Positions 50,816 to 63,428 of a DNA stretch of 64,000 nt are shown here, one piece after another. How positions within the stretch are numbered: position 1 is the first letter of the stretch; each line of letters opens with the position of its first letter. The notes beneath the pieces are model-generated. The model made no database searches, was not told the DNA's origin, and saw only the letters and a program-made list of their open reading frames with translations. Where the stretch lies: the NCBI GenBank assembly GCA_010909165.1, contig VJWM01000118.1:186001-250000 (forward strand), in the 5' to 3' direction. Both the position numbers and the translations under genes were made by a program. This DNA is from Anthoceros angustus. Taxonomy: Eukaryota; Plantae; Anthocerotophyta.

Positions 50816-51611
50816 ATGGTCTTACTACGTTCATCCTTGTGTTTTGTCACATTTGTATGTGCGTGTACTTCGATTGAAGCACGTCCGCTGTCATCGCCGG
50901 CGTTTGCACCTTTGGCAATTCCATTGGCCTCATCACCGGCCTTTGCACCTGTTGCAGAACCCATTGCGTTATCACCAGCCTTTGCACCAACTTTCGGAGC
51001 TGGTCTGGCATCATCTCCGACTTTCGCACCTATGGCAACTCCCTTGGCGTCATCGCCAGCCTTCACTTCTTTGGCAGCTCCCCTGGACTCATCACCAGCC
51101 TTTGCACCTATTGTGGAACCCATTGTGTTATCTCCAGCCTTCGCACCAATACTGGGAGCTCGTTTGGCGTCATCACCAGCTTCTACACTTGTGGCAACTC
51201 CCCTGTCGTCACCGGCCTTCGCATCTAAGGATCTAGCTCCCGTTGTGGCATCACCAATCCTTGCACCATTTTTAGGAGCTCGTTTGGCGTCATCACCAGC
51301 TTTTGCACCTATGGCAACTCCTTTGGCATCGTCACCGGCTTCTGCACCTACATCTTCTCACGTTATGCATCTCATGCCGATACGCCATTTTTGGAAGCGC
51401 GTTTAGCGTATCACCAGCTTATGCACTTGTGGCAGCTCCCCTAGCGTTGTCACTGGCCTTTGCACCTGTGGCAACTCCCGTGGTGTCATCACCGTGCTTA
51501 TTTATACCGCTAGCTCCTGCTACGGATCCAACACTAGCCTTCACACCGGTAGTCACCCTTGTGGTATTTTCTCGTCACTTTTTTAATCGAAGTGATGAAG
51601 CTGTTGCTTAA
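50816..51611 (+). CDS. Secreted Ala/Pro/Ser-rich repeat protein (AGP/HRGP-like), copy 1; frameshifted near 51360-51410
   Basis: Signal-peptide-like MVLLRSSLCFVTFVCACTSIEA-RPL, then ~13-14-aa LASSPAFAPxAxP repeats. The repeats resume in another frame and end SDEAVA*. Confidence 0.7.
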
Positions 51612-52733
51612 TCTTTGTTGAGGTTTTTGAGACCAAACCTTTTATTTTTTTACTAGATGACATAAGCAATGCTAAGACATATTTCTGTCTATTTTCTCTA
51701 ATTGATTCACTCTCCATGAGCATAGGGAAATGAGCGTACTATGGACTACTGGTTATGCGGAGAGAGGTGAGGAAGGGAGTGAGAGTATTAGGAGAGAAAG
51801 ATTTAGAACAAGAAAAAGGTTCCATATAATAGCTTGTTCATGTGATAGCCTAAGGAGTTATATTTGCCTCCAAGCAACATCCCTCCCATAGCTTTGAGCA
51901 TTAACTTGCTATACTTTTCAGAAACACGAGGAAAAAGAATGAGGGAAAGAGGAATGTGTCAAAATACCTCCAACTGAGTTATTTTTTTATAGAACCAGAC
52001 TAACTTCCCACACCTCTTCTTTCACATAAGACTTTTTCATTTTGCCTCTTTGTAAGAGGGAACTTGTGGTTAGTCAAGCCTAATTTCATCAACATATATT
52101 CTATCGCATACTCTAAAGCCTAATTTGCGACCGAGTCACTCACTATCCTATCAATTGATCATCAGTTTTTCTACCAGCTTGACTTCGATTGTTGTCTGGG
52201 TTGTGGAGTCATTAATTGGCTTCCTTTACATCAGTGTGGGGCACATTTATTCCCATGTACTTGCAGTTGTAGAATTCATTCCCAAGGCATCATACTTATG
52301 CCTAGTATGGACCACCCTATGCAATATCCCAACAAAACCACCCTAAGCACACCCACACACACACTCAACATCTACTCATCTCCTAACCTAGGGGTAACTC
52401 CTCTCTTATAACTATTCTTTGTCTCTCTCCTTTGGTCACACACGTAGTTCATACTTGTATTTGCATTTATGTCGTAAGGTGATGTCATCCAGAGGGAGTT
52501 AGTGACGCCATACCTCATCGTACGTCCTCAACAGAAAAGAGCAAATTAGCAAAAACATCCGATGAGTTGTAGACTCCACATTGGTTCTTTAGAGCATGAA
52601 CTGTACACATCAGGTAAAGTTGCACTCAATTTTGTTGGTAATATTGTTGGGATCAATCATAATCCGTCTAGAAAAAAGAATTCTATATTCAATCGAGGCC
52701 ACAATGCGGCTAAAGTATTGTACAAAAAAAAGA

Positions 52734-53330
52734 AGGACAAAAGTGAAATGGCAGTAAATTTCTTGGGCAACAAGCTACTACTTGGATATCGAAGTCTAGA
52801 CCACCCAATTTAAAAATTAGTCGTAGCCAAACCAAATTTCGTTCGTACACCGTTCACCAGCTTTCTAATTTAGTATCGATTGGTTTGCAAACCAGTACTT
52901 TGCAGGAGAAACATGTAACCACCCACATAAATTATAATTGTAACCAAACTTAGCTCTTTTCAAACCAATACTCTTTCCTCCACCATCAAACCAATTTTTT
53001 GTCTTGGACAACAAGCTATTACTTTCAAGGAGGACAAATCTAAGATGGCAAAAAATTTCTTGGGCAACAAGCTACTACTTAGATAACGAAGTCTAGACCA
53101 CCCAATTTAAACAATAGTCGTAGCCAAACCAAAACTCGTTCTTACACCGTTAGCCAGCTTTCTAATTTAGCATCGATTGGTTTGCAAACCAGTACTTTGC
53201 AGGAGAAACATGTAACCACCCATATAAATTATAATCGTAGCTAAACTTAGCTCTTTCTAAACTAATAATCTTTCCTCCACTATCAAACCAATTTTCTGTC
53301 TCGGACAACAAATTACTACTTTTAAGGAGG
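52734..53330. repeat. ~299-bp diverged tandem duplication upstream of repeat-protein copy 2
   Basis: TTTCTTGGGCAACAAGCTACTACTT..GTCTAGACCACCCAATTTAAA.. occurs at ~52759 and ~53057. Confidence 0.85.
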
Positions 53331-53491
53331 CAGCACAGAACCACCCATATAAATGATAGTGTTATAGATCTCGTTTAGTAATTTCTATTCATCATATAGA
53401 TTGATTTCACGTGCAGTTCTTAACTTCAATCCACAATCTCTTCTACGTTTTGTGTGTGGGTTCCTCGAGCTAGTTACTTGACTCTTTCAGA

Positions 53492-54381
53492 ATGGCCTCG
53501 CTACGTTCATCCTTGTGTTTTCTCACACTTGCATTTATGCTTGCTGTGATTGAAGCACGTCCGCTCTCATCATCGGCCTTTGCACCTTTGGCAGCTCCCT
53601 TGGCCTCGCCACCGGTCTTTACACCTTTGGCAGCTCCCTTGGCCTCGCCACCGGTCTTTGCACCTTTGGCAGCTCCCTTGGCCTCGCCATCGGCCTTTGC
53701 GCCTGTTGCAGAACCCGTTGAGTTATCAACAACCTTCGCACCAACTTTGGGAGCTCATCAGGCATTATCACCGGCTTCCGCACCTGTGGCAACCCCTTGG
53801 CATTTGTGGTAGCTCCTTGCGTTGTCACCGGCCCTCACACCATTTTGGGAGCTCGTTTGGCGTCATCACCAGCCCTCACACCATTTTTGGGAGCTCGTTT
53901 GGCGTCATCACCGACTTCCGCATTTGTGGCGTCGTCACCGACCTTTGCACATGCGTCATCACCGACTTCCGCATTTGTGGCGTCGTCACCGACCTTTGCA
54001 CATGCGTCATCACCGGCTTCCGCATTTGTGGGGACTCCTCTCGCGTCGGCACCGGCCTTCGCACCTGCGTCATCACCGGCTTCCACATTTGTGGCGACTC
54101 TTCTCGCGTCGTCACCGACCTTCGCGCCTGCGTCATATCCCGTTACATCATCACCAGCTTCGGCATTTGTGGTAGCTCCTTCGGCGTTGTCACCGGCCTT
54201 TGTACTTGCTGCAGCTCATGATGAGTCATCACCAGCCTTTACACCTGTGGCAGCTCCTGTGGTGTCATCACAGTCCTTCTCATCTGGACTGCTAACTCCT
54301 ATTACAAGCCCATCTTCGGCCTTGGCACCGGTAGCGGCCCCTGTGGTGTCTTCTCGTCTCTCCGACGAAGTTGTTGCTTAA
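53492..54381 (+). CDS. Secreted Ala/Pro/Ser-rich repeat protein (AGP/HRGP-like), copy 2; frameshifted near 53800-53840
   Basis: MASLRSSLCFLTLAFMLAVIEA-RPL, LASPPVFAP/ASSPAFAP repeats, ending SDEVVA*. The 5' and 3' flanks are homologous to copy 1. Confidence 0.72.
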
Positions 54382-54946
54382 TTTTTGTTGAGATTTTTGA
54401 AACATTTTTTTTTTTTGCCGGATGACATTAGTATAGTAGTGCTCAAACTCGTGGAGCATAGCTTTATCTGTTTTTTTTGAGGAATTTTGAATTTCACCAA
54501 TCTAAGAGCTTTAATTTTGTTTAAGTGTTTTTAGTATTTTTTTGAAAATATATATTTCTTATTTATTTTATGAATTATTTTGAAATATGTATGTGTGTTT
54601 ATTTTCTCTAATTGCTTCACTCTCCATGACCGTAATGGCCAGTACATTATCCATTTATTTCTATGGATTGCTCCATCTCCTGGGAAAAACTTTTAGCTAC
54701 TCAACTTTGCATCAGCTTTCCTCCAACTGGGAGGATGTGGTTTTCGAAACGTGCACGATTGTTGTTTAAACTTAACGTCATTGAATAAAAACCTTACTGG
54801 ATAAACTAGGTATTGTTTTTGAATTAAACTAAACTACCAGTTACAAAAAAGGATTGCTCACAAATATCAACCGGACGAGACCGACGGTGGGTTGCAGTGC
54901 CTGGGAGCTTTTAGTATGAGCTTCCGGAAGTGAAAGTTGGAAGGCG

Positions 54947-57900
54947 ATGAGCATCAACGCGGCTACGGAGCAGTGCAGGTCATGGCAGCAGCTGCGCACA
55001 GGCGGCAGCAACAAGAGCCGCAGAACGCGACAGGTGCCGCAGTTTTTGGAATTCAGTTGCAACGCGTTGCGCCAAAAGCTGCGCTTGAGGCGCTCTGTAT
55101 CAGCCGATGTCGGGAATGCAATCCTGCCGCTGCGCTGTGTCTCCATGGCTACGCCTTGGCGGGACTCGTGGAAGCTGAGCGATGGCAACGATGGGGACGT
55201 GACCAAGCTCAGGCGAAAGGGGGAGTCCCCGTACCCTCTCTCCGATGCCAACGCACGCAGGGTCATTAAGGAGCGGGCCCGCTGGGAGAGCCAGCTCCGC
55301 AAAAATCAAGTATGCGCCCAGATCTGCTCGGATTAGTGCTGAGCATCGGACAGGACAGTGTGCCTGCTTTCTGACTTTACAGCTCTGTGCAGGGATCCGC
55401 TGCGAGAGGAGTGCCGTGGATTAAACGCAGTCCGCAACAAATGCAGGAGTATTTGGCAGACAACAAGTGGCAAGCGCGGTGGAGAAGGCGATACAAGAGG
55501 CATGTGGAATCGGCGATCTCCGCTGTGCGGCAGCTGGCTTCTGTGCCTGCTGGTGAGCTGTATTTCCATTTTAGGACAATGAGAGGTTGGGAAGTTTGCT
55601 AGTAATTGTGGCATGTGTACAGTGAGGATTGTAGTTAAAATTGCAGTTTCATGCAGGTGGAAGGTCTGAGTATGTGATCATTTGTGCAGACAGTGTAGAT
55701 ATAAGTCGAGTGATGCAACCTTGGTTTGGTCTGTTGACATTCCGAGACATGTGCACTGTGCTAAAGGAGCAGCGAGGCTGGAGACCTGCCCGTGATTTTT
55801 TCCAGTGGATGAAGACTCAGGTGCTGCCATGACGCAATCACGGGTGCAGGGTGCTCTAGAAGAGTAGACGTAATTCTATGCAGTCCAGCAATGTGTGGGT
55901 GTCCTTGAACGCTTTCGCCTTCCCTTCTTTTTCAGTTGTCCTTAGTTTTGCAATGTACGTGGTTGCAATAGTGCAGGTGCCATTCAGACCGGGGGTGGTG
56001 GTATATACCATCTTGCTAAGGATTTATGGTGAGGCTGGAAAGATTGATCTTGCAGAGGAGCTGCTGCGGGAGATGGATGAAGAAGAGTGTGAACTGGATG
56101 ATGTGGCATACTCTAGTATAATTCAAGCTTATGGACAGGCAGAAATGTACGATGAGATGCTGTCAACTTATGTCAAGATGCGGGAGAATGGCTTGCTACC
56201 GTCTGCAACTATTTTCACGACCATGATTTATCATCTGTACAAAGCTACACGACTAGCAGATTGTACCACTCTTTGGCAACACCTATTAGAAGCTCGCTTG
56301 GATCCCCTGTATCATACATATACACTCATCATCAACTGTTTCAGAAGGCTACAGCAAGAAGATGCTGCATTAGAAGTATTCAAGCAAATGAAGAGAGCTG
56401 GCTTTGCACCTGATGAACTTCTCTACAACATGGCTATCAGTATGCTGTGTAGACTGGAAAGGTAATTCTTTGACTGAAGAAGGCTGGAGACGGTCTGTGT
56501 TTCATATCACTGCTTGTCTATGAATTTGGTAACATTGGCATTGCCCTTTGCATCTCAGACATGAGGAGGCGTTGAAGACCTTTGAAGCAATGAGGGCTCA
56601 AGGTATCGTTCCAAATAAGTATTCATATGCGTCCATGATGAATATTTGTGGCAAAGCTGGAGACTATCCAGGTGCAGCGGCTTTGTTTTCAGAGATGCGA
56701 GAAAGTGGATGTGCACCAGATGAAGTGATTTACAGCACTGTGATTAGCATGTATGGGAAAGCCCAACTTTTTGCAGAGGCAGAGAAAGTTTTTGAGGAAC
56801 TGATCGAAGCAAGTTTGCTCAGCAGGGAGAAGACTTACGTTATGATGGCTAATTTGCGGCTAAAAGCTGGAAACACCACCGGTGCATTACAGCTCGTTAA
56901 TGAGATGCAGTCCAGGGGCTTACCGATGAGTCAGAATGCTTGGGACACGCTGCTCCTTTGCCATGTGAAACAGATGGACCTGTCAAGTGCGAGGTGTACA
57001 TTTCAAGAAATGACTGATCTAGGAGTTGCAAACATAGTATCGTATACAAATATGATTAATCTATTTGGAGCTCTGCACGATGACAAAGAAGCCGAAAAAT
57101 TGTACATGCGATTGAAAGTGGATAAACTAGTGCCAGATGTAGAATTTTACGGTGCAATGATTAAGGTTTTCTGTACAGCTGGGAAGCTGGATTCTGCTGA
57201 ACAGATGGTTCACGCAATGGAGGAAATGGGTCTGGTTCCCAATGATATTATTAAGACTGTCCTTGCAGCGGCTTATGGGAAAGCAGGTAGGATTACAGAT
57301 GCTGAGGCGTATTTTCGGACCTCTACGGGTGACCCGGCTGCTGTGACCAATATGATAAGCATATTTGACGAGTGTGGAGCGAAGGCAAAAGCCACTGCTT
57401 TGACAAATACGCTGACCAGAGACCTCAACAGCTTGGATTCCAAGACACTGAATTATCTTACAAGGCGTTTTGCAAGAGAAGGTCAGATGTGTCCTGGACT
57501 GTGTTTCCATAATCTCCCTGTTGCATAGCTGGAACGTTTCTCTCACTCCTTTCTGCACTTTGTCATGAGTACTTGCCAGGTGAGTTGCAAAAGGCTAACT
57601 CGGCATATGCTGCTATGGTTGAGCGAGGTCATCAACCTGAAACGAAGACACTTTCTCTGTTGATTCAGCTCTTTACCAAAAAAGGACTAACTGCAAAAGC
57701 AGTAAAGCTCTTTGAGGAAAGACGTGAGGCAGGCCTTCCCCCAAGTGCAGCTCTGTACCAGTCAGCAATCAACATGTACAGCAAAGCAGGCCAGCTTGAT
57801 GAGGCCATCAAGTTGTACAAGGAGGCAGAGTCAGCTGGTGGTGTCACTAATGTCACTGCAAGTATCATGATAAAGGCTTATAGCAAAGCTGGTAAGATCC

Positions 57901-59246
57901 ACTCTTTTTTTTTGTCTTGGTTTAGTTTCTTTCGGAGCAGGCATGACCAATTTCGTCATGGCTGTCAGTTTCATTTTGGCTGTGTTTCTCCCAATCATGC
58001 AGGCATGTTTGATGAACTGACTTCTCTTGTCAAGTCAGCAAGAAGCGCTGGAGTTTCTTTTGATGTGGTGATGTTCAACACCATTATGCAAGCATATCTT
58101 GAAGCTGGTACCTTGTGAACATTGTTTGCCAATGCATAACGTGCTCCTAGGGTTGTACCTGTATTGCAGCGTTCTGGTTCAGATCATTCCATGACGTGGC
58201 TAGGCTTGATGGCATCGTTTGACTTGTTACAGGGAAACCCAGTGTGGCTATGGAGCTCTTTACAGAGATGCAGGATTCTGGCTTAAAGCCTTCTCTCCAA
58301 ACTTATACGACTTTGATAAGGTTGGTCTTGTTTGTGCCTGAAGCGGTTGATTTCGTAAAATGAGGACAGCTGCTGGAAACGGGTTCTTGGCTGTGTCATC
58401 TTCAGTGTGTGCTCGAAGGCAGGAAGGCCGATTGAAGCAGCAAAGTTTTTTGAGTCCCTTAAGAGCTCTGGATGTGGCGTAGACGAAATGGCATACAATC
58501 AGATGATGGACTGCTTTTTGAAAGCTGGTGAGTACCAGCATGGAACCGCCTGTGTAGCAGGTGAGGTGTATTACAGGGGCCTTCTTTTGTTCTTGACTTA
58601 GCAGTATGCTGCTTGCTTCAGGTCGCTACTTGGAGGCAACAGAGGCATTTAAGGAAATGGTAGCAGCTGGCATATCACCATCTGAGGTAAGCGTTCGTCC
58701 TTTCCAGAGATCGTGTTTGTATCTGTCCAGGTTGATACTCACTTTGGCATGTTTCAGGTGACCTTAAACACTCTGATCAAGGTCTACAACAAAGCAGGCC
58801 GTGCAAGTGAAGCAGCAGAAGTTTTCCGCACAATGGAACAGCAAGGGTGTGCCGCAGACCCTGTCACCTACCTCCTTGTTATCTCCACATTCGGAAGACT
58901 GGGAAGGGTGAGGGAGGCGGAAAGTCTACTGGAGAAGATGGAGGAACGGGGGTGGTCCCCTGGCTGTCCCCACTACACTTCTGTGATCCTGGCCTACGGA
59001 GAAGCAAATCTGGTGGATGACGCAATGAGGGTCTTTGCCAAAATGCAGTTTCGTGGAATCAAGGCAGATATCGTGTGTCAAAGGGTCATCCTCAAAATCT
59101 ATCTCAAGGGTGGACTGTTCAAGGACGGTATATCATATTTCGAGCAAATCAAAGATGAGTCCTCCGGCGACGAGAAGATTAGGAATCTGTCATTCGCTCT
59201 CTACCGAGCTGCACGCAGGCCAGTACTGGAGGCGGCTGTGTCTTGA
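54947..59246 (+). CDS. EMB976: P-type pentatricopeptide repeat protein, EMB976 (At5g27270)-like, multi-exon, probable plastid transit peptide
   Basis: Diagnostic N-terminal segments WKLSDGN..PLSDANARRVIK..LRKNQ, WIKRSPQQMQEYL, LTFRDMCTVLKEQRGWR..RDFFQWMK, RPGVVVYTILLRIYG..GKI..AE. Many 35-aa PPR motifs follow. GT-AG introns. Confidence 0.88.
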
Positions 59247-59366
59247 CCTTTAATGCAGTCGGTTTAACCGAAGTCTCGAGGGAGGCTTTCCAGATTGTGG
59301 CTAATTGGAGGTTTCGGACTGGAAGGGTTTCGTGTGCTGTGGAGGGTGTGGCAGGAGTGGAGATCA

Positions 59367-60569
59367 TTACACAGCGGCAACCGGTGAGTCTGGCGTCTCC
59401 TCATTACCATCCCCCAAAACCTGCAGCCATGCCTGTTCTGTGTGCTGCGTCTGGTTCCGCGGCTTCCTTTCCCTGGCCGCGAAGTTATCGTCATCCCAGT
59501 AGAAAAGCTCACCATTCCTGCTGTAACTACTGAAGGGAACCTCCCACTCGGTGCACCACCACGCGTCTGCCCAGGCGTCGCTCAACGTGGCGCCGCCCTC
59601 GATGGATCCGGCGGGAGGCGAGAAATCAGCCATGCTCGGCACCTGAGCCTCGTGCATCGAATCGTACTCCGAGTCCGTGTCGGAAGAGGTACATTGCGAG
59701 CCGTTCCCATTCGCCGGTGCTTCCTTTCTTTCCTCATCTTCTCGGCACAAAGCGGACGACGCCGCTGAAGCTTCTTTCGAGGAGGAGACGGCGTGGTCGG
59801 CGGCCTTGCTGGTCCAGGCCCGGCGGTGTTCTGCGTCCCGCCATTCCTGCAGCGCGAGCTCCTAACCTGGCGGTGGCCTGGCGTGCGGCCTCGGCCTGCG
59901 CCTCCAGCCGCTGGCCGGCCTCCCGTTCCCCATCCGGCACACACTGAGGAGCCTGTCCAGGGAGGGTTTCCCGTCAGAGGCGGGATCGGAGTCGGGGGGA
60001 GAAGGATGGTGGTGCGTGCATCGGTCTTGCGGCCTGGAGTGCGGCCACAGGCAGTCGAGCACCGCGTAAGAGCCCCAGGTGACGGCCACATCGCAGGGCA
60101 GGGCGCCGTAGGAGTCGGCGATGCCCTTGTCGGCCCCCCGGCTGACGAGAAGCTCCACGATGTCCGGCCGCACATGCTGCGCGGCGAAGTGGAGCGGGGT
60201 TCTTCCGTTGCCGTCCAGCGCGTTGATGAAGCAGCCGCGCTGCAGCAGCGTCCGGGCCAGGTCCGTGTGTCCGCCTCGGGCCGCGTAGTGCAGCGCGGTG
60301 CAGCCCAGGCTGTCTCTGGCCTCCAGGACGTCCTGCATGCTGGCGCTGTGCGCCATGAGCACAGTGGCCACTTCTTCGTGCCCGCACACCAGGGCCCAGT
60401 GCAGCGGCAGGCGCCCCGCCTCGTCCGCCACCATCACTGGCTCTTCTTCCTCCGCCTCCGCCAATATCGCCAGTGTCCGCTCCACATCGTTGTCCCTCAC
60501 CGCCTGGTGCAGTTTTAGCGCGGATTCCATTCCCGTTGCTTCCCCCTCCTCCTGGACCTCCATCTCCAT
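59367..60569 (-). CDS. Ankyrin-repeat protein; C-terminal half apparently frameshifted
   Basis: GRLPLHWA, GCTALHYAA..GHTDLARTLL, GRTPLHFAA..IVELLVSRGAD motifs. This frame stops at 59862, but coil-like and acidic sequence continues in other frames to a stop at 59367. Confidence 0.8.
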
Positions 60570-61002
60570 CCTCGGCGCTCGCAACTCATTACGCCTTGCT
60601 GGACGCAAACAGACGCCTTCATCCTCTCCTGAAACGACCCGAAGTCATTGGAATGACACCCCACCTATGTACATACATTATTACATCCGTAGGTACCCGT
60701 CTGGTGGTAAATTCTTTTTCGCGTTGAATTCTTACTTGCAAGGCAAGTCAAGTCAGTGGAGCCCTTCTATTGTAGGAGCCACATCGCAGTTAGAGGGCTA
60801 AATAGAAATTAGAAGGCTGAGATTACATAGGTACTAACCTAAGGATATGTATTAGGTAGTTTCCTTTAATGTACTTATATAACGGTCTTGGGCTTTGGAT
60901 TGGAGGATAAGTGAGTTTGGGAAGAGCTTATAAAGAGGGAGCTTATGTGCCGTAGCTATTGGAGTGTGGACAATTAACGCTCTTTGTTGTAGTTTTGGTT
61001 GC

Positions 61003-61004
61003 TT

Positions 61005-61083
<79 letters not shown>
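61003..61083. repeat. (TTTA)n microsatellite
   Basis: ~20 units. A second copy lies at ~62875-62955. Confidence 0.95.
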
Positions 61084-61162
61084 TGGATTGGTTGCTGAAA
61101 GCGATGTAGTCTAGCATTTCGAGGCCATAACATCTATTAAAAGAATTGTTCGTAAAATAATT

Positions 61163-61576
61163 TTGTCAATAGAAGAATCGATGGGGACGGAAGCTAAGCT
61201 TGTAGAAGCATCTTTGAATGAAGAAGAGAGAGATGAATGTCCCATATGTTTTCGTGAGCTCGAGGAAAATATAAGGGTGGAGAATTCTCATTATAGATGT
61301 TCTCAATCCTCGCACAAGTTTCATGGGTCTTGTCTTAACACTTGGGTCACTTATTCTGGCAATTGGACTTGCCCTATATGTAGACAACCTCTTACATGCA
61401 CTCACTCTAGATTTTACATCAATATCCGAAAGATTCTTAACTTCATTCTCTTCATGATCCCATATGTGTCTATAACATTTATTCTGAGCTTCTCAACTGA
61501 TTCAATTTTTTCACAGGTTTATGATGCTAATTCCGACGGTGTTATTTATGAAATATTTGCTAACCAATTATTTTAA
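61163..61576 (+). CDS. RING-H2-like zinc finger protein with C-terminal hydrophobic segment (start uncertain)
   Basis: C-x2-C-x16-C-x4-H-x2-H-x2-C-x12-C-x2-C with a conserved Trp (CLNTW), then ILNFILFMIPYVSITFILSF. The first in-frame ATG is at 61181. Confidence 0.7.
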   Translation: MSIEESMGTEAKLVEASLNEEERDECPICFRELEENIRVENSHYRCSQSSHKFHGSCLNTWVTYSGNWTCPICRQPLTCTHSRFYINIRKILNFILFMIPYVSITFILSFSTDSIFSQVYDANSDGVIYEIFANQLF

Positions 61577-62876
61577 GTGGGTTTCTGTAGCTTGTCCTAT
61601 CCTAGTTTGAGCAATTTATAGATGCAATTTCCATAGCTCTTTAGGCAAGCCCTGGTTAGTCGTAGACTAGAGTTTGTTACACATTGTAAGTTGAAGCATG
61701 AAAGATATTTGACATAATATATCGAATATTATTTTTTTCAATATAAAATCTTGTTAAATCCATTAACTAAATCTGTGATTTTAGCCTTAAAATCTCAATT
61801 GATTGATAGACTGATTTCTCATGTTTTTGATCTCATGCGATCCAAATAAGTCTTCTGTAGATAAGATTGTAACAATAACATGAGGTATGATTTATTGTTC
61901 TTGGGATGACAAACCCGTGCCTCTTTTTGCGTTCTTGAGCTAATCACAAAACGGGCACATATGGTGAGTTTGATGATGTGAGGTAAGATGGAATTACACC
62001 TGGAGTAGCGGGATGCCTAGATGGCAACATCACCACAGCCACAGTGCTAGAACACACAAGAGCATACAAGGCGGTCTTTGTCCTCTTCACGGACCTCGAG
62101 GCAGCGTTCTAGATTGTGGAAATAGGCCTCGTTTCCAAGATCATCCACCTAACCCCTCTCCACCCCTCGCTCAAGGCTATGTGGTCCGAAATTGTTCGGG
62201 GCGGCACGTCTCTTCAAGGGCCAAAACACCTCTGACGAGATCCTCATTTCCCGATGATTTACAAGAAGGCCACTATGTGCCCTTCAGAGAAGATACGGCA
62301 ACTTGCATGGAAGACTTAAACACCTCCTTGGCCTTTGTCATTGCAAGATTCCTAGCATGCAAAGCTTCTTCCATAGATGACAACATGGCCTAGTTATTGA
62401 GAAGCAAGTGTAGGAGGAGGTCCAGGCGAGGGCCATGCACATGTTCTTGAAATTGTATGTTGGGTGATATGTTGGCTTGGCTGCAGGCACTAGAGTGGTT
62501 CCATGAATATCTATGTCAACTCATATTAACGAATTCACTCAAGTGAGTCTTTTCCCTCACATTTTACCTCATATGTTTAAAATTATATTTTGTATTATCC
62601 ATTTTTTAATGTTCTTTTGCCCATCTCTACCTAGTAAATTATAAAATTAAAATAATCCATGCCTAGACCATGGCCAAGTCAGTCCATTCTCTAAGATTCT
62701 TCTCAACCGGGTGGCTAGAAATATATGTTATTTTTGATATTTAAAATTCAAGAATATTAGAAAAGAAAATAGGATAAAGAAAATATTAGATTAGAATGAA
62801 TGAGCTTATAAAGAGGGAGCTTATGTAGCTATTGGGTGTGGACAATTAACGCTCTTTGTTGTAGTTTTGGTTGCTT

Positions 62877-62955
<79 letters not shown>

Positions 62956-63033
62956 TGGATTGGTTGCTGAAAGCGATGTAGTCTAGCATTTGAGGCCATA
63001 ACATCTATTAAAAGAATTGTTCGTAAAATAATT

Positions 63034-63428
63034 TTGTCAATAGAAGAATCGATGGGGACTAAGCTTGTAGAAGCATCTTTGAATGAAGAAGAGAGAGATG
63101 AATGTCCCATATGTTTCGTGAGCTCGAGGAAAATATAAGGGTGGAGAATTCTCATTATAGATGTTCTCAATCAAGTTTCATGGGTCTTGTCTTAACACTT
63201 GGGTCACTTATTCGCAATTGGACTTGCCCTATATGTAGACAACCTCTTACATGCACTCACTCTAGATTTTACATCAATATCAGAAGATTCTTAACTTCAT
63301 TCTCTTCATGATCCCATATGTGTCTATAACATTTATTACGAGCTTCTCAACCGATTCAATTTTTTCACGGGTTTATGATGCTAATTCCGACGGTTATTTA
63401 TGAAATATTTGCTAACCAATTATTTTAA
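63034..63428 (+). pseudogene. Second, frameshifted copy of the RING-H2 ORF
   Basis: Near-identical to 61163-61576 but with several small deletions, which may be consensus errors. Confidence 0.7.

Noticed and set aside
50844-51236. His/Trp-rich repeat ORFs (HLWQLPWRHHRP) overlapping the repeat genes, also 53550-54221
   Set aside because: Alternative frames of the 39-bp repeat. The frame with the signal peptide is the Ala/Pro/Ser one.
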